64,000 nt of DNA from Eledone cirrhosa (lineage: Eukaryota). The stretch is taken from NCBI GenBank assembly GCA_964016885.1, contig OZ024742.1, positions 375,968,001 to 376,032,000 on the forward strand. The letters run 5' to 3'. This document shows, one piece after another, positions 25,454 through 39,477 of the stretch (position 1 is the first letter of the stretch; each line of letters opens with the position of its first letter). Below the pieces are notes generated by a model. That model was not told where the DNA came from. It saw only the letters and a program-made list of their open reading frames with translations, and did no database searches. The position numbers were made by a program, and so were the translations under genes.

Positions 25454-28400
25454 GAACAACTGGTATTGACACTAGTACCAACCTAGTAAACACCAGCTCT
25501 GGTTATATAAAACTAGATAGAGAACAACTGGTATTGACACTAGTACCAACCTAGTAAACCCCAGCTCTGGTTATATAAAACTAGATGGAGAACAACTGGT
25601 ATTGACACTAATACCAACCTGGTGCACACCAGCTCTGGTTATATAAAACTAGATAGAGAACAACTGGTATTGACACTAGTACCAACCTAGTAAACACCAG
25701 CTCTGGTTATATAAAAGTAGATAGAGAACAATGTTATTGATACTAGTACAAACCTAGTAAACACCAGCTCTGGTTATATAAAAGTAGATAGAGAACAATG
25801 TTATTGACACTAGTACCAACCTAGTAAACACCAGCTCTGGTTATATAAAACTAGGGAGAGAACTGGTATAGACACTAGTACCAACCTAGTAAACACCAGC
25901 TCTGGTTATATAAAATTAGATAGAGAACAACTGGTATTGACACTAGTACCAACCTAGTAAACACCAGCTCTGGTCATATAAAACTAGATAGAGAACAACT
26001 GGTATTGACACTAGTACCAACCTAGTAAACACTAGCTCTGGTTATATAAAACTAGATAAAGAACAACTGGTATTGACACTAGTACCAACCTAGTAAACAC
26101 CAGCTCTGGTTATATAAAACTAGGGAGAGAACTGATATACACACTAGTATCAACCTAGTAAACACCAGCTCTGGTTATATAAAACTAGATAGAGAACAAC
26201 TGGTATTGACACTAGTACCAACCTAGTAAACACCAGCTCTGGTTATATAAAACTAGATAGAGAACAACTGGTATTGACACTAGTACCAACCTAGTAAACA
26301 CCAGCTCTGGTTATATAAAACTAGATGGAGAACAACTCGTATTGACACTAGTACCAACCTAGTAAACACCAGCTCTGGTTATATAAAACTAGATAGAGAA
26401 CAACTGGTATTGAGACTAGTACCAACCTAGTAAACACCAGCTCTGGGTATATAAAACTAGATGGAGAACAACTGGTATTGACACTAGTACCAACCTGGTA
26501 AACACCAGCTCTGGTTATATAAAACTAGATAGAGAACAACTGGTATTGACACTAGTACCAACCTAGTAAACACCAGCCCAGGTTATATAAAACTAGATAG
26601 AGAACAACTGGTATTGACACTAGTAGCAACCTAGTAAACACCAGCTCTGGTTATATACAACTAGATAGAGAACAACTGGTATTGACACTAGTACCAACCT
26701 AGTAAACACCAGCTCTGGTTATATAAAATTAGGGAGAGAACTGGTATAGACACTAGTACCAACCTAGTAAACACCAGCTCTGATTACATAAAACTAGATA
26801 GAGAACAACTGGTATTGACACTAGTACCAACCTAGTAAACACCAGCTCTGGTTATATACAACTAGATAGAGAACAACTGGTATTGACACTAGTACCAACC
26901 TAGTAAACACCAGCTCTGGTTATATAAAACTAGATAGAGAACAACTGGTATTGAGACTAGTACCAACCTAGTAAACACCAGCTCTGGTAATATAAAACTA
27001 GATAGACAACTGGTATAGACACTAGTACCAACCTAGTAAACACCAGCTCTGGTTATATAAAACTAGATAGAGAACAACTGGTATTGACACTAGTACCAAC
27101 CTAGTAAACACCAGCTCTGGTTATATACAACTAGATAGACAACTGGTATTGACACTAGTACCAACCTAGTAAACACCAGCCCTGGTAATATAAAACTAGA
27201 TGGAGTACAAATGGTATTGACACTAGTACCAATCTAGTAAACACAAGCTCTGGTAATATAAAACTAGATAGAGAACAACTGGTATTGAGACTAGTACCAA
27301 CCTAGTAAACACCAGCTCTGGTTATATAAAACTAGATAGAGAACAACTGGTATTGACACTAGTACCAACCTGGTAAACACCAGCTTTGGTTATATACAAC
27401 TAGATAAAGAACTGGTATTGACACTAGTACCAACCTAGTAAACACCAGCCCTGGTAATATAAAACTAGATGGAGTACACAAGGTATTGACACTAGTACCA
27501 ATCTAGTAAACACAAGCTCTGGTAATATAAAAATAGATAGAGAACAACTGGTATTGAGACTAGTACCAACCTAGTAAACACCAGCTCTGGTTATATAAAA
27601 CTAGATAGAGAACAACTGGTATTGACACTAGAACCAACCTAGTAAACACCAGCTCTGGTTATATAAAACTAGATAGACAACTGGTATGGACACTAGTACC
27701 AACCTAGTAAACACTAGCTCTGGTTATATAAAACTAGATAGAGAACAACTGGTATTGACACTAGTACCAACCTAGTAAACACTAGCTCTGGTTATATAAA
27801 ACTAGGGAGAGAACTGGTATAGACACTAGTACCAACCTAGTAAACACCAGCTCTGGTTATATAAAACTAGATGGAGAACAACTGGTATTGACACTAGTAC
27901 CAATCTAGTAAACACCAGCTCTGGTTATATAAAACTAGATAGAGAACAACTGGTATTGACACTAGTACCAACCTAGTAAACACCAGCTCTGGTTATATAA
28001 AACTAGATAGACAACTGGTATTGACACTAGTACCAACCTAGTAAACACTAGCTCTGGTTATATAAAACTAGATGAGGAACAACTGGTATTGACACTAGTA
28101 CCAATCTAGTAAACACCAGCCCTGGTAATATAAAACTAGATGGAGAACAACAGGTATTGACACTAGTACCAACCCAGTAAACACAATCTCTGGTTATATA
28201 AAACTAGATAGACAACTGGTATTGACACTAGTATCAACCTAGTAAACACCAGCTCTGGTTATATAAAACTAAATAGAGTACATCTGGTATTGACACTAGT
28301 ACCAACCTAGTATACACCAGCTCTGGTTATATAAAACTAGATAGAGAACAACTGGTATTGACACTAGTACCAACCTAGTAAACACCAGCTCTTGTTATAC

Positions 28401-28617
28401 AAAACTAGATAGAGAACAACTGGTATTGACACTAATACCAACCTAGTAAACACTAGCTCTGGTTATATAAAACTAGTTGAAGAACAACTGGTATTGACAC
28501 TAGTACCAACCTAGTAAACACCAGCCCTGGTAGTATAAAACTAGATAGAGAAAAACTGGTATTGACACTAGTACCAACCTAGTAAACACCAGCTCTGGTT
28601 ATATAAAACTAGATAGA
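24638..28617. repeat. Full-length higher-order repeat unit, 3980 bp = 59 monomers (47 x 68, 10 x 65, 2 x 67)
   Basis: Marker CTGGAATTG at ~24920 and ~28900 (3980). Marker CAGCCCAGG gives 3980 for 34267/38247, 44865/48845 and 54774/58754. Counting short monomers in the unit gives 59x68-32=3980. Confidence 0.9.
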
Positions 28618-31600
28618 GAACAACTGCTTTTGAGACTAGTACCAACCTAGTAAACACCAGCCCTGGTAATATAAAACTAGATAGAGAACAACTGGTATTG
28701 AAACTAGCACCAATCTAGTAAACACCAGCTCTGGTTATATAAAACTAGATAGAGAACAACTGGTATTGACACTAGTACCAACCTAGTAAACACCAGCTCT
28801 GGTTATATAAAACTAGATAGAGAACAACTGCTTTTGAGACTAGTACCAACCTAGTAAACACCAGCCCTGGTAATATAAAACTAGATAGAGAACAACTGGA
28901 ATTGAAACTAGCACCAATCTAGTAAACACAAGCTCTGGTTATATAAAACTAGATAGAGAACAACTGGTATTGACACTAGTACCAACCTAGTAAACACCAG
29001 CTCTGGTTATATAAAACTAGATAGAGAACAACTGCTTTTGAGACTAGTACCAACCTAGTAAACACCAGCCCTGGTAATATAAAACTAGATAGAGAACAAC
29101 TGGTATTGAAACTAGCACCAATCTAGTAAACACAAGCTCTGGTTATATAAAACTAGATAGAGAACAACTGGTATTGACACTAGTACCAACCTAGTAAACA
29201 CCAGCTCTGGTTATATAAAACTAGATAGAGAACAACTGCTTTTGAGACTAGTACCAACCTAGTAAACACCAGCCCTGGTAATATAAAACTAGATAGAGAA
29301 CAACTGGTATTGAAACTAGCACCAATCTAGTAAACACAAGCTCTGGTTATATAAAACTAGATAGAGAACAACTGGTATTGACACTAGTACCAACCTAGTA
29401 AACACCAGCTCTGGTTATATAAAACTAGATAGAGAACAACTGGTATTGACACTAGTACCAACCTAGTAAACACCAGCTCTGGTTATATAAAACTAGATAG
29501 AGAACAACTGGTATTGACACTAGTACCAACCTAGTAAACACCAGCTCTGGTTATATAAAACTAGATGGAGAACAACTGGTATTGACACTAATACCAACCT
29601 GGTGCACACCAGCTCTGGTTATATAAAACTAGATAGAGAACAACTGGTATTGACACTAGTACCAACCTAGTAAACACCAGCTCTGGTTATATAAAAGTAG
29701 ATAGAGAACAATGTTATTGATACTAGTACAAACCTAGTAAACACCAGCTCTGGTTATATAAAAGTAGATAGAGAACAATGTTATTGACACTAGTACCAAC
29801 CTAGTAAACACCAGCTCTGGTTATATAAAACTAGGGAGAGAACTGGTATAGACACTAGTACCAACCTAGTAAACACCAGCTCTGGTTATATAAAATTAGA
29901 TAGAGAACAACTGGTATTGACACTAGTACCAACCTAGTAAACACCAGCTCTGGTCATATAAAACTAGATAGAGAACAACTGGTATTGACACTAGTACCAA
30001 CCTAGTAAACACTAGCTCTGGTTATATAAAACTAGATAAAGAACAACTGGTATTGACACTAGTACCAACCTAGTAAACACCAGCTCTGGTTATATAAAAC
30101 TAGGGAGAGAACTGATATACACACTAGTATCAACCTAGTAAACACCAGCTCTGGTTATATAAAACTAGATAGAGAACAACTGGTATTGACACTAGTACCA
30201 ACCTAGTAAACACCAGCTCTGGTTATATAAAACTAGATGGAGAACAACTCGTATTGACACTAGTACCAACCTAGTAAACACCAGCTCTGGTTATATAAAA
30301 CTAGATAGAGAACAACTGGTATTGAGACTAGTACCAACCTAGTAAACACCAGATCTGGGTATATAAAACTAGATGGAGAACAACTGGTATTGACACTAGT
30401 ACCAACCTGGTAAACACCAGCTCTGGTTATATAAAACTAGATAGAGAACAACTGGTATTGACACTAGTACCAACCTAGTAAACACCAGCCCAGGTTATAT
30501 AAAACTAGATAGAGAACAACTGGTATTGACACTAGTAGCAACCTAGTAAACACCAGCTCTGGTTATATACAACTAGATAGAGAACAACTGGTATTGACAC
30601 TAGTACCAACCTAGTAAACACCAGCTCTGGTTATATAAAATTAGGGAGAGAACTGGTATAGACACTAGTACCAACCTAGTAAACACCAGCTCTGATTACA
30701 TAAAACTAGATAGAGAACAACTGGTATTGAGACTAGTACCAACCTAGTAAACACCAGCTCTGGTAATATAAAACTAGATAGACAACTGGTATAGACACTA
30801 GTACCAACCTAGTAAACACCAGCTCTGGTTATATAAAACTAGATAGAGAACAACTGGTATTGACACTAGTACCAACCTAGTAAACACCAGCTCTGGTTAT
30901 ATACAACTAGATAGACAACTGGTATTGACACTAGTACCAACCTAGTAAACACCAGCCCTGGTAATATAAAACTAGATGGAGTACAAATGGTATTGACACT
31001 AGTACCAATCTAGTAAACACAAGCTCTGGTAATATAAAACTAGATAGAGAACAACTGGTATTGAGACTAGTACCAACCTAGTAAACACCAGTTCTGGTTA
31101 TATAAAACTAGATAGACAACTGGTATTGACACTAGTACCAACCTAGTAAACACCAGCCCTGGTAATATAAAACTAGATAGAGAACAACTGGTATTGACAC
31201 TAGTACCAACCTAGTAAACACCAACTCTGGTTATATAAAACTAGGGAGAGAACTGATATACACACTAGTATCAACCTAGTAAACACCAGCTCTGGTTATA
31301 TAAAACTAGATAGAGAACAACTGGTATTGACACTAGTACCAACCTAGTAAACACCAGCTCTGGTTATATAAAACTAGATAGAGAACAACTGGTATTGACA
31401 CTAGTACCAACCTAGTAAACACCAGCTCTGGTTATATAAAACTAGATGGAGAACAACTCGTATTGACACTAGTACCAACCTAGTAAACACCAGCTCTGGT
31501 TATATAAAACTAGATAGAGAACAACTGGTATTGACACTAGTACCAACCTGGTAAACACCAGCTGTTGTTATATGAAATTAGATGGAGAACAATTGGTATT

Positions 31601-34600
31601 GACACTAGTACCAACATAGTAAACACCAGCTCTGGTTATATAAAACTAGATAGAGAACAACTAGTATTGAGACTAGTACCAACCTAGTAAACACCAGCTC
31701 TGGTTATATAAAACTAGATAGAGAACTGGTATTGACACTAGTACCAACCTAGTAAACACCAGCTCTGGTTATATAAAACTAGATAGACAACTGGTATTGA
31801 CACTAGGACCAACCTAGTAAACACCAGCTCTGGTTATATAAAATTAGATGGAGAACAATTGGTATTGACACTAGTACCAACCTAGTATACACCAGCTCTG
31901 GTTATATAAAACTAGATAGAGAACAACTGGTATTGACACTAGTACCAACCTAGTAAACACCAGCTCTTCTTATACAAAACTAGATAGAGAACAACTGGTA
32001 TTGACACTAATACCAACCTAGTAAACACCAGCTCTGGTTATATAAAACTAGATGAGGAACAACTGGTATTGACACTAGTACCAACCTAATAAACACCAGC
32101 TCTGGTTATATAAAACTAATTAGAGTACAACTGGATTTGACACTAGTACCAACCTAGTATACACCAGCTCTGGTTATATAAAACTAGACGGAGAACAACT
32201 GGTATTGACACTAGTACCAACCTAGTAAACACCAGCTCTGGTTATATAAAACTAGATAGACAACTGGTATTGACACTAGTACCAACCTAGTAAACACCAG
32301 CTCTGGTTATATAAAACTAGATAGACAACTGGTATTGACACTAGTACCAACCTAGTAAACACCAACTCTGGTTATATAAAACTAGATAGACAACTAGTAT
32401 TGACACTAGGACCAACCTAGTAAACACCAGCTCTGGTTATATAAAATTAGATGGAGAACAATTGGTATTGACACTAGTACCAACCTAGTAAACACCAGCC
32501 CTGGTAGTATAAAACTAGATAGAGAAAAACTGGTATTGACACTAGTACCAACCTAGTAAACACCAGCTCTGGTTATATAAAACTAGATAGAGAACAACTG
32601 CTTTTGAGACTAGTACCAACCTAGTAAACACCAGCCCTGGTAATATAAAACTAGATAGAGAACAACTGGTATTGAAACTAGCACCAATCTAGTAAACACC
32701 AGCTCTGGTTATATAAAACTAGATAGAGAACAACTGGTATTGACACTAGTACCAACCTAGTAAACACCAGCTCTGGTTATATAAAACTAGATAGAGAACA
32801 ACTGCTTTTGAGACTAGTACCAACCTAGTAAACACCAGCCCTGGTAATATAAAACTAGATAGAGAACAACTGGAATTGAAACTAGCACCAATCTAGTAAA
32901 CACAAGCTCTGGTTATATAAAACTAGATAGAGAACAACTGGTATTGACACTAGTACCAACCTAGTAAACACCAGCTCTGGTTATATAAAACTAGATAGAG
33001 AACAACTGCTTTTGAGACTAGTACCAACCTAGTAAACACCAGCCCTGGTAATATAAAACTAGATAGAGAACAACTGGTATTGAAACTAGCACCAATCTAG
33101 TAAACACAAGCTCTGGTTATATAAAACTAGATAGAGAACAACTGGTATTGACACTAGTACCAACCTAGTAAACACCAGCTCTGGTTATATAAAACTAGAT
33201 AGAGAACAACTGCTTTTGAGACTAGTACCAACCTAGTAAACACCAGCCCTGGTAATATAAAACTAGATAGAGAACAACTGGTATTGAAACTAGCACCAAT
33301 CTAGTAAACACAAGCTCTGGTTATATAAAACTAGATAGAGAACAACTGGTATTGACACTAGTACCAACCTAGTAAACACCAGCTCTGGTTATATAAAACT
33401 AGATAGAGAACAACTGGTATTGACACTAGTACCAACCTAGTAAACACCAGCTCTGGTTATATAAAACTAGATAGAGAACAACTGGTATTGACACTAGTAC
33501 CAACCTAGTAAACCCCAGCTCTGGTTATATAAAACTAGATGGAGAACAACTGGTATTGACACTAATACCAACCTGGTGCACACCAGCTCTGGTTATATAA
33601 AATTAGATAGAGAACAACTGGTATTGACACTAGTACCAACCTAGTAAACACCAGCTCTGGTCATATAAAACTAGATAGAGAACAACTGGTATTGACACTA
33701 GTACCAACCTAGTAAACACTAGCTCTGGTTATATAAAACTAGATAAAGAACAACTGGTATTGACACTAGTACCAACCTAGTAAACACCAGCTCTGGTTAT
33801 ATAAAACTAGGGAGAGAACTGATATACACACTAGTATCAACCTAGTAAACACCAGCTCTGGTTATATAAAACTAGATAGAGAACAACTGGTATTGACACT
33901 AGTACCAACCTAGTAAACACCAGCTCTGGTTATATAAAACTAGATAGAGAACAACTGGTATTGACACTAGTACCAACCTAGTAAACACCAGCTCTGGTTA
34001 TATAAAACTAGATGGAGAACAACTCGTATTGACACTAGTACCAACCTAGTAAACACCAGCTCTGGTTATATAAAACTAGATAGAGAACAACTGGTATTGA
34101 GACTAGTACCAACCTAGTAAACACCAGCTCTGGGTATATAAAACTAGATGGAGAACAACTGGTATTGACACTAGTACCAACCTGGTAAACACCAGCTCTG
34201 GTTATATAAAACTAGATAGAGAACAACTGGTATTGACACTAGTACCAACCTAGTAAACACCAGCCCAGGTTATATAAAACTAGATAGAGAACAACTGGTA
34301 TTGACACTAGTAGCAACCTAGTAAACACCAGCTCTGGTTATATACAACTAGATAGAGAACAACTGGTATTGACACTAGTACCAACCTAGTAAACACCAGC
34401 TCTGGTTATATAAAATTAGGGAGAGAACTGGTATAGACACTAGTACCAACCTAGTAAACACCAGCTCTGATTACATAAAACTAGATAGAGAACAACTGGT
34501 ATTGACACTAGTACCAACCTAGTAAACACCAGCTCTGGTTATATACAACTAGATAGAGAACAACTGGTATTGACACTAGTACCAACCTAGTAAACACCAG

Positions 34601-36304
34601 CTCTGGTTATATAAAACTAGATAGAGAACAACTGGTATTGAGACTAGTACCAACCTAGTAAACACCAGCTCTGGTAATATAAAACTAGATAGACAACTGG
34701 TATAGACACTAGTACCAACCTAGTAAACACCAGCTCTGGTTATATAAAACTAGATAGAGAACAACTGGTATTGACACTAGTACCAACCTAGTAAACACCA
34801 GCTCTGGTTATATACAACTAGATAGACAACTGGTATTGACACTAGTACCAACCTAGTAAACACCAGCCCTGGTAATATAAAACTAGATGGAGTACAAATG
34901 GTATTGACACTAGTACCAATCTAGTAAACACAAGCTCTGGTAATATAAAACTAGATAGAGAACAACTGGTATTGAGACTAGTACCAACCTAGTAAACACC
35001 AGCTCTGGTTATATAAAACTAGATAGAGAACAACTGGTATTGACACTAGTACCAACCTGGTAAACACCAGCTTTGGTTATATACAACTAGATAAAGAACT
35101 GGTATTGACACTAGTACCAACCTAGTAAACACCAGCCCTGGTAATATAAAACTAGATGGAGTACACAAGGTATTGACACTAGTACCAATCTAGTAAACAC
35201 AAGCTCTGGTAATATAAAAATAGATAGAGAACAACTGGTATTGAGACTAGTACCAACCTAGTAAACACCAGCTCTGGTTATATAAAACTAGATAGAGAAC
35301 AACTGGTATTGACACTAGAACCAACCTAGTAAACACCAGCTCTGGTTATATAAAACTAGATAGACAACTGGTATGGACACTAGTACCAACCTAGTAAACA
35401 CTAGCTCTGGTTATATAAAACTAGATAGAGAACAACTGGTATTGACACTAGTACCAACCTAGTAAACACTAGCTCTGGTTATATAAAACTAGGGAGAGAA
35501 CTGGTATAGACACTAGTACCAACCTAGTAAACACCAGCTCTGGTTATATAAAACTAGATGGAGAACAACTGGTATTGACACTAGTACCAATCTAGTAAAC
35601 ACCAGCTCTGGTTATATAAAACTAGATAGAGAACAACTGGTATTGACACTAGTACCAACCTAGTAAACACCAGCTCTGGTTATATAAAACTAGATAGACA
35701 ACTGGTATTGACACTAGTACCAACCTAGTAAACACTAGCTCTGGTTATATAAAACTAGATGAGGAACAACTGGTATTGACACTAGTACCAATCTAGTAAA
35801 CACCAGCCCTGGTAATATAAAACTAGATGGAGAACAACAGGTATTGACACTAGTACCAACCCAGTAAACACAATCTCTGGTTATATAAAACTAGATAGAC
35901 AACTGGTATTGACACTAGTATCAACCTAGTAAACACCAGCTCTGGTTATATAAAACTAAATAGAGTACATCTGGTATTGACACTAGTACCAACCTAGTAT
36001 ACACCAGCTCTGGTTATATAAAACTAGATAGAGAACAACTGGTATTGACACTAGTACCAACCTAGTAAACACCAGCTCTTGTTATACAAAACTAGATAGA
36101 GAACAACTGGTATTGACACTAATACCAACCTAGTAAACACTAGCTCTGGTTATATAAAACTAGTTGAAGAACAACTGGTATTGACACTAGTACCAACCTA
36201 GTAAACACCAGCTCTGGTAGTATAAAACTAGATAGAGAAAAACTGGTATTGACACTAGTACCAACCTAGTAAACACCAGCTCTGGTTATATAAAACTAGA
36301 TAGA

Positions 36305-39300
36305 GAACAACTGCTTTTGAGACTAGTACCAACCTAGTAAACACCAGCCCTGGTAATATAAAACTAGATAGAGAACAACTGGTATTGAAACTAGCACCAA
36401 TCTAGTAAACACCAGCTCTGGTTATATAAAACTAGATAGAGAACAACTGGTATTGACACTAGTACCAACCTAGTAAACACCAGCTCTGGTTATATAAAAC
36501 TAGATAGAGAACAACTGCTTTTGAGACTAGTACCAACCTAGTAAACACCAGCCCTGGTAATATAAAACTAGATAGAGAACAACTGGAATTGAAACTAGCA
36601 CCAATCTAGTAAACACAAGCTCTGGTTATATAAAACTAGATAGAGAACAACTGGTATTGACACTAGTACCAACCTAGTAAACACCAGCTCTGGTTATATA
36701 AAACTAGATAGAGAACAACTGCTTTTGAGACTAGTACCAACCTAGTAAACACCAGCCCTGGTAATATAAAACTAGATAGAGAACAACTGGTATTGAAACT
36801 AGCACCAATCTAGTAAACACAAGCTCTGGTTATATAAAACTAGATAGAGAACAACTGGTATTGACACTAGTACCAACCTAGTAAACACCAGCTCTGGTTA
36901 TATAAAACTAGATAGAGAACAACTGCTTTTGAGACTAGTACCAACCTAGTAAACACCAGCCCTGGTAATATAAAACTAGATAGAGAACAACTGGTATTGA
37001 AACTAGCACCAATCTAGTAAACACAAGCTCTGGTTATATAAAACTAGATAGAGAACAACTGGTATTGACACTAGTACCAACCTAGTAAACACCAGCTCTG
37101 GTTATATAAAACTAGATAGAGAACAACTGGTATTGACACTAGTACCAACCTAGTAAACACCAGCTCTGGTTATATAAAACTAGATAGAGAACAACTGGTA
37201 TTGACACTAGTACCAACCTAGTAAACACCAGCTCTGGTTATATAAAACTAGATGGAGAACAACTGGTATTGACACTAATACCAACCTGGTGCACACCAGC
37301 TCTGGTTATATAAAACTAGATAGAGAACAACTGGTATTGACACTAGTACCAACCTAGTAAACACCAGCTCTGGTTATATAAAAGTAGATAGAGAACAATG
37401 TTATTGATACTAGTACAAACCTAGTAAACACCAGCTCTGGTTATATAAAAGTAGATAGAGAACAATGTTATTGACACTAGTACCAACCTAGTAAACACCA
37501 GCTCTGGTTATATAAAACTAGGGAGAGAACTGGTATAGACACTAGTACCAACCTAGTAAACACCAGCTCTGGTTATATAAAATTAGATAGAGAACAACTG
37601 GTATTGACACTAGTACCAACCTAGTAAACACCAGCTCTGGTCATATAAAACTAGATAGAGAACAACTGGTATTGACACTAGTACCAACCTAGTAAACACT
37701 AGCTCTGGTTATATAAAACTAGATAAAGAACAACTGGTATTGACACTAGTACCAACCTAGTAAACACCAGCTCTGGTTATATAAAACTAGGGAGAGAACT
37801 GATATACACACTAGTATCAACCTAGTAAACACCAGCTCTGGTTATATAAAACTAGATAGAGAACAACTGGTATTGACACTAGTACCAACCTAGTAAACAC
37901 CAGCTCTGGTTATATAAAACTAGATAGAGAACAACTGGTATTGACACTAGTACCAACCTAGTAAACACCAGCTCTGGTTATATAAAACTAGATGGAGAAC
38001 AACTCGTATTGACACTAGTACCAACCTAGTAAACACCAGCTCTGGTTATATAAAACTAGATAGAGAACAACTGGTATTGAGACTAGTACCAACCTAGTAA
38101 ACACCAGATCTGGGTATATAAAACTAGATGGAGAACAACTGGTATTGACACTAGTACCAACCTGGTAAACACCAGCTCTGGTTATATAAAACTAGATAGA
38201 GAACAACTGGTATTGACACTAGTACCAACCTAGTAAACACCAGCCCAGGTTATATAAAACTAGATAGAGAACAACTGGTATTGACACTAGTAGCAACCTA
38301 GTAAACACCAGCTCTGGTTATATACAACTAGATAGAGAACAACTGGTATTGACACTAGTACCAACCTAGTAAACACCAGCTCTGGTTATATAAAATTAGG
38401 GAGAGAACTGGTATAGACACTAGTACCAACCTAGTAAACACCAGCTCTGATTACATAAAACTAGATAGAGAACAACTGGTATTGAGACTAGTACCAACCT
38501 AGTAAACACCAGCTCTGGTAATATAAAACTAGATAGACAACTGGTATAGACACTAGTACCAACCTAGTAAACACCAGCTCTGGTTATATAAAACTAGATA
38601 GAGAACAACTGGTATTGACACTAGTACCAACCTAGTAAACACCAGCTCTGGTTATATACAACTAGATAGACAACTGGTATTGACACTAGTACCAACCTAG
38701 TAAACACCAGCCCTGGTAATATAAAACTAGATGGAGTACAAATGGTATTGACACTAGTACCAATCTAGTAAACACAAGCTCTGGTAATATAAAACTAGAT
38801 AGAGAACAACTGGTATTGAGACTAGTACCAACCTAGTAAACACCAGCTCTGGTTATATAAAACTAGATAGACAACTGGTATTGACACTAGTACCAACCTA
38901 GTAAACACTAGCTCTGGTTATATAAAACTAGATGAGGAACAACTGGTATTGACACTAGTACTAATCTAGTAAACACCAGCCCTGGTAATATAAAACTAGA
39001 TGGAGAACAACAGGTATTGACACTAGTACCAACCCAGTAAACACAATCTCTGGTTATATAAAACTAGATAGACAACTGGTATTGACACTAGTATCAACCT
39101 AGTAAACACCAGCTCTGGTTATATAAAACTAAATAGAGTACATCTGGTATTGACACTAGTACCAACCTAGTATACACCAGCTCTGGTTATATAAAACTAG
39201 ATAGAGAACAACTGGTATTGACACTAGTACCAACCTAGTAAACACCAGCTCTTGTTATACAAAACTAGATAGAGAACAACTGGTATTGACACTAATACCA

Positions 39301-39477
39301 ACCTAGTAAACACTAGCTCTGGTTATATAAAACTAGTTGAAGAACAACTGGTATTGACACTAGTACCAACCTAGTAAACACCAGCCCTGGTAGTATAAAA
39401 CTAGATAGAGAAAAACTGGTATTGACACTAGTACCAACCTAGTAAACACCAGCTCTGGTTATATAAAACTAGATAGA
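36305..39477. repeat. Short higher-order repeat variant, 3173 bp = 47 monomers
   Basis: CTGGAATTG offsets 36587->39760, 40168->43341 and 47185->50358 are each 3173. This is the long HOR minus a 2-monomer (136 bp) and a 10-monomer (671 bp) segment. Confidence 0.9.

Larger units (their letters stand above)
23130..38850. repeat. ~7.95-kb tandem duplication (about 23.1-31.1 kb and 31.1-38.8 kb)
   Basis: Offset 7954 for CAGTTCTGG 23137/31091, TCTTCTTATACA 24011/31965 and CTGGAATTG 24920/32874. The offset is 7687 after a 267-bp deletion near 33600, and 7755 for CCAGATCTGGGT 30353/38108. Confidence 0.88.
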
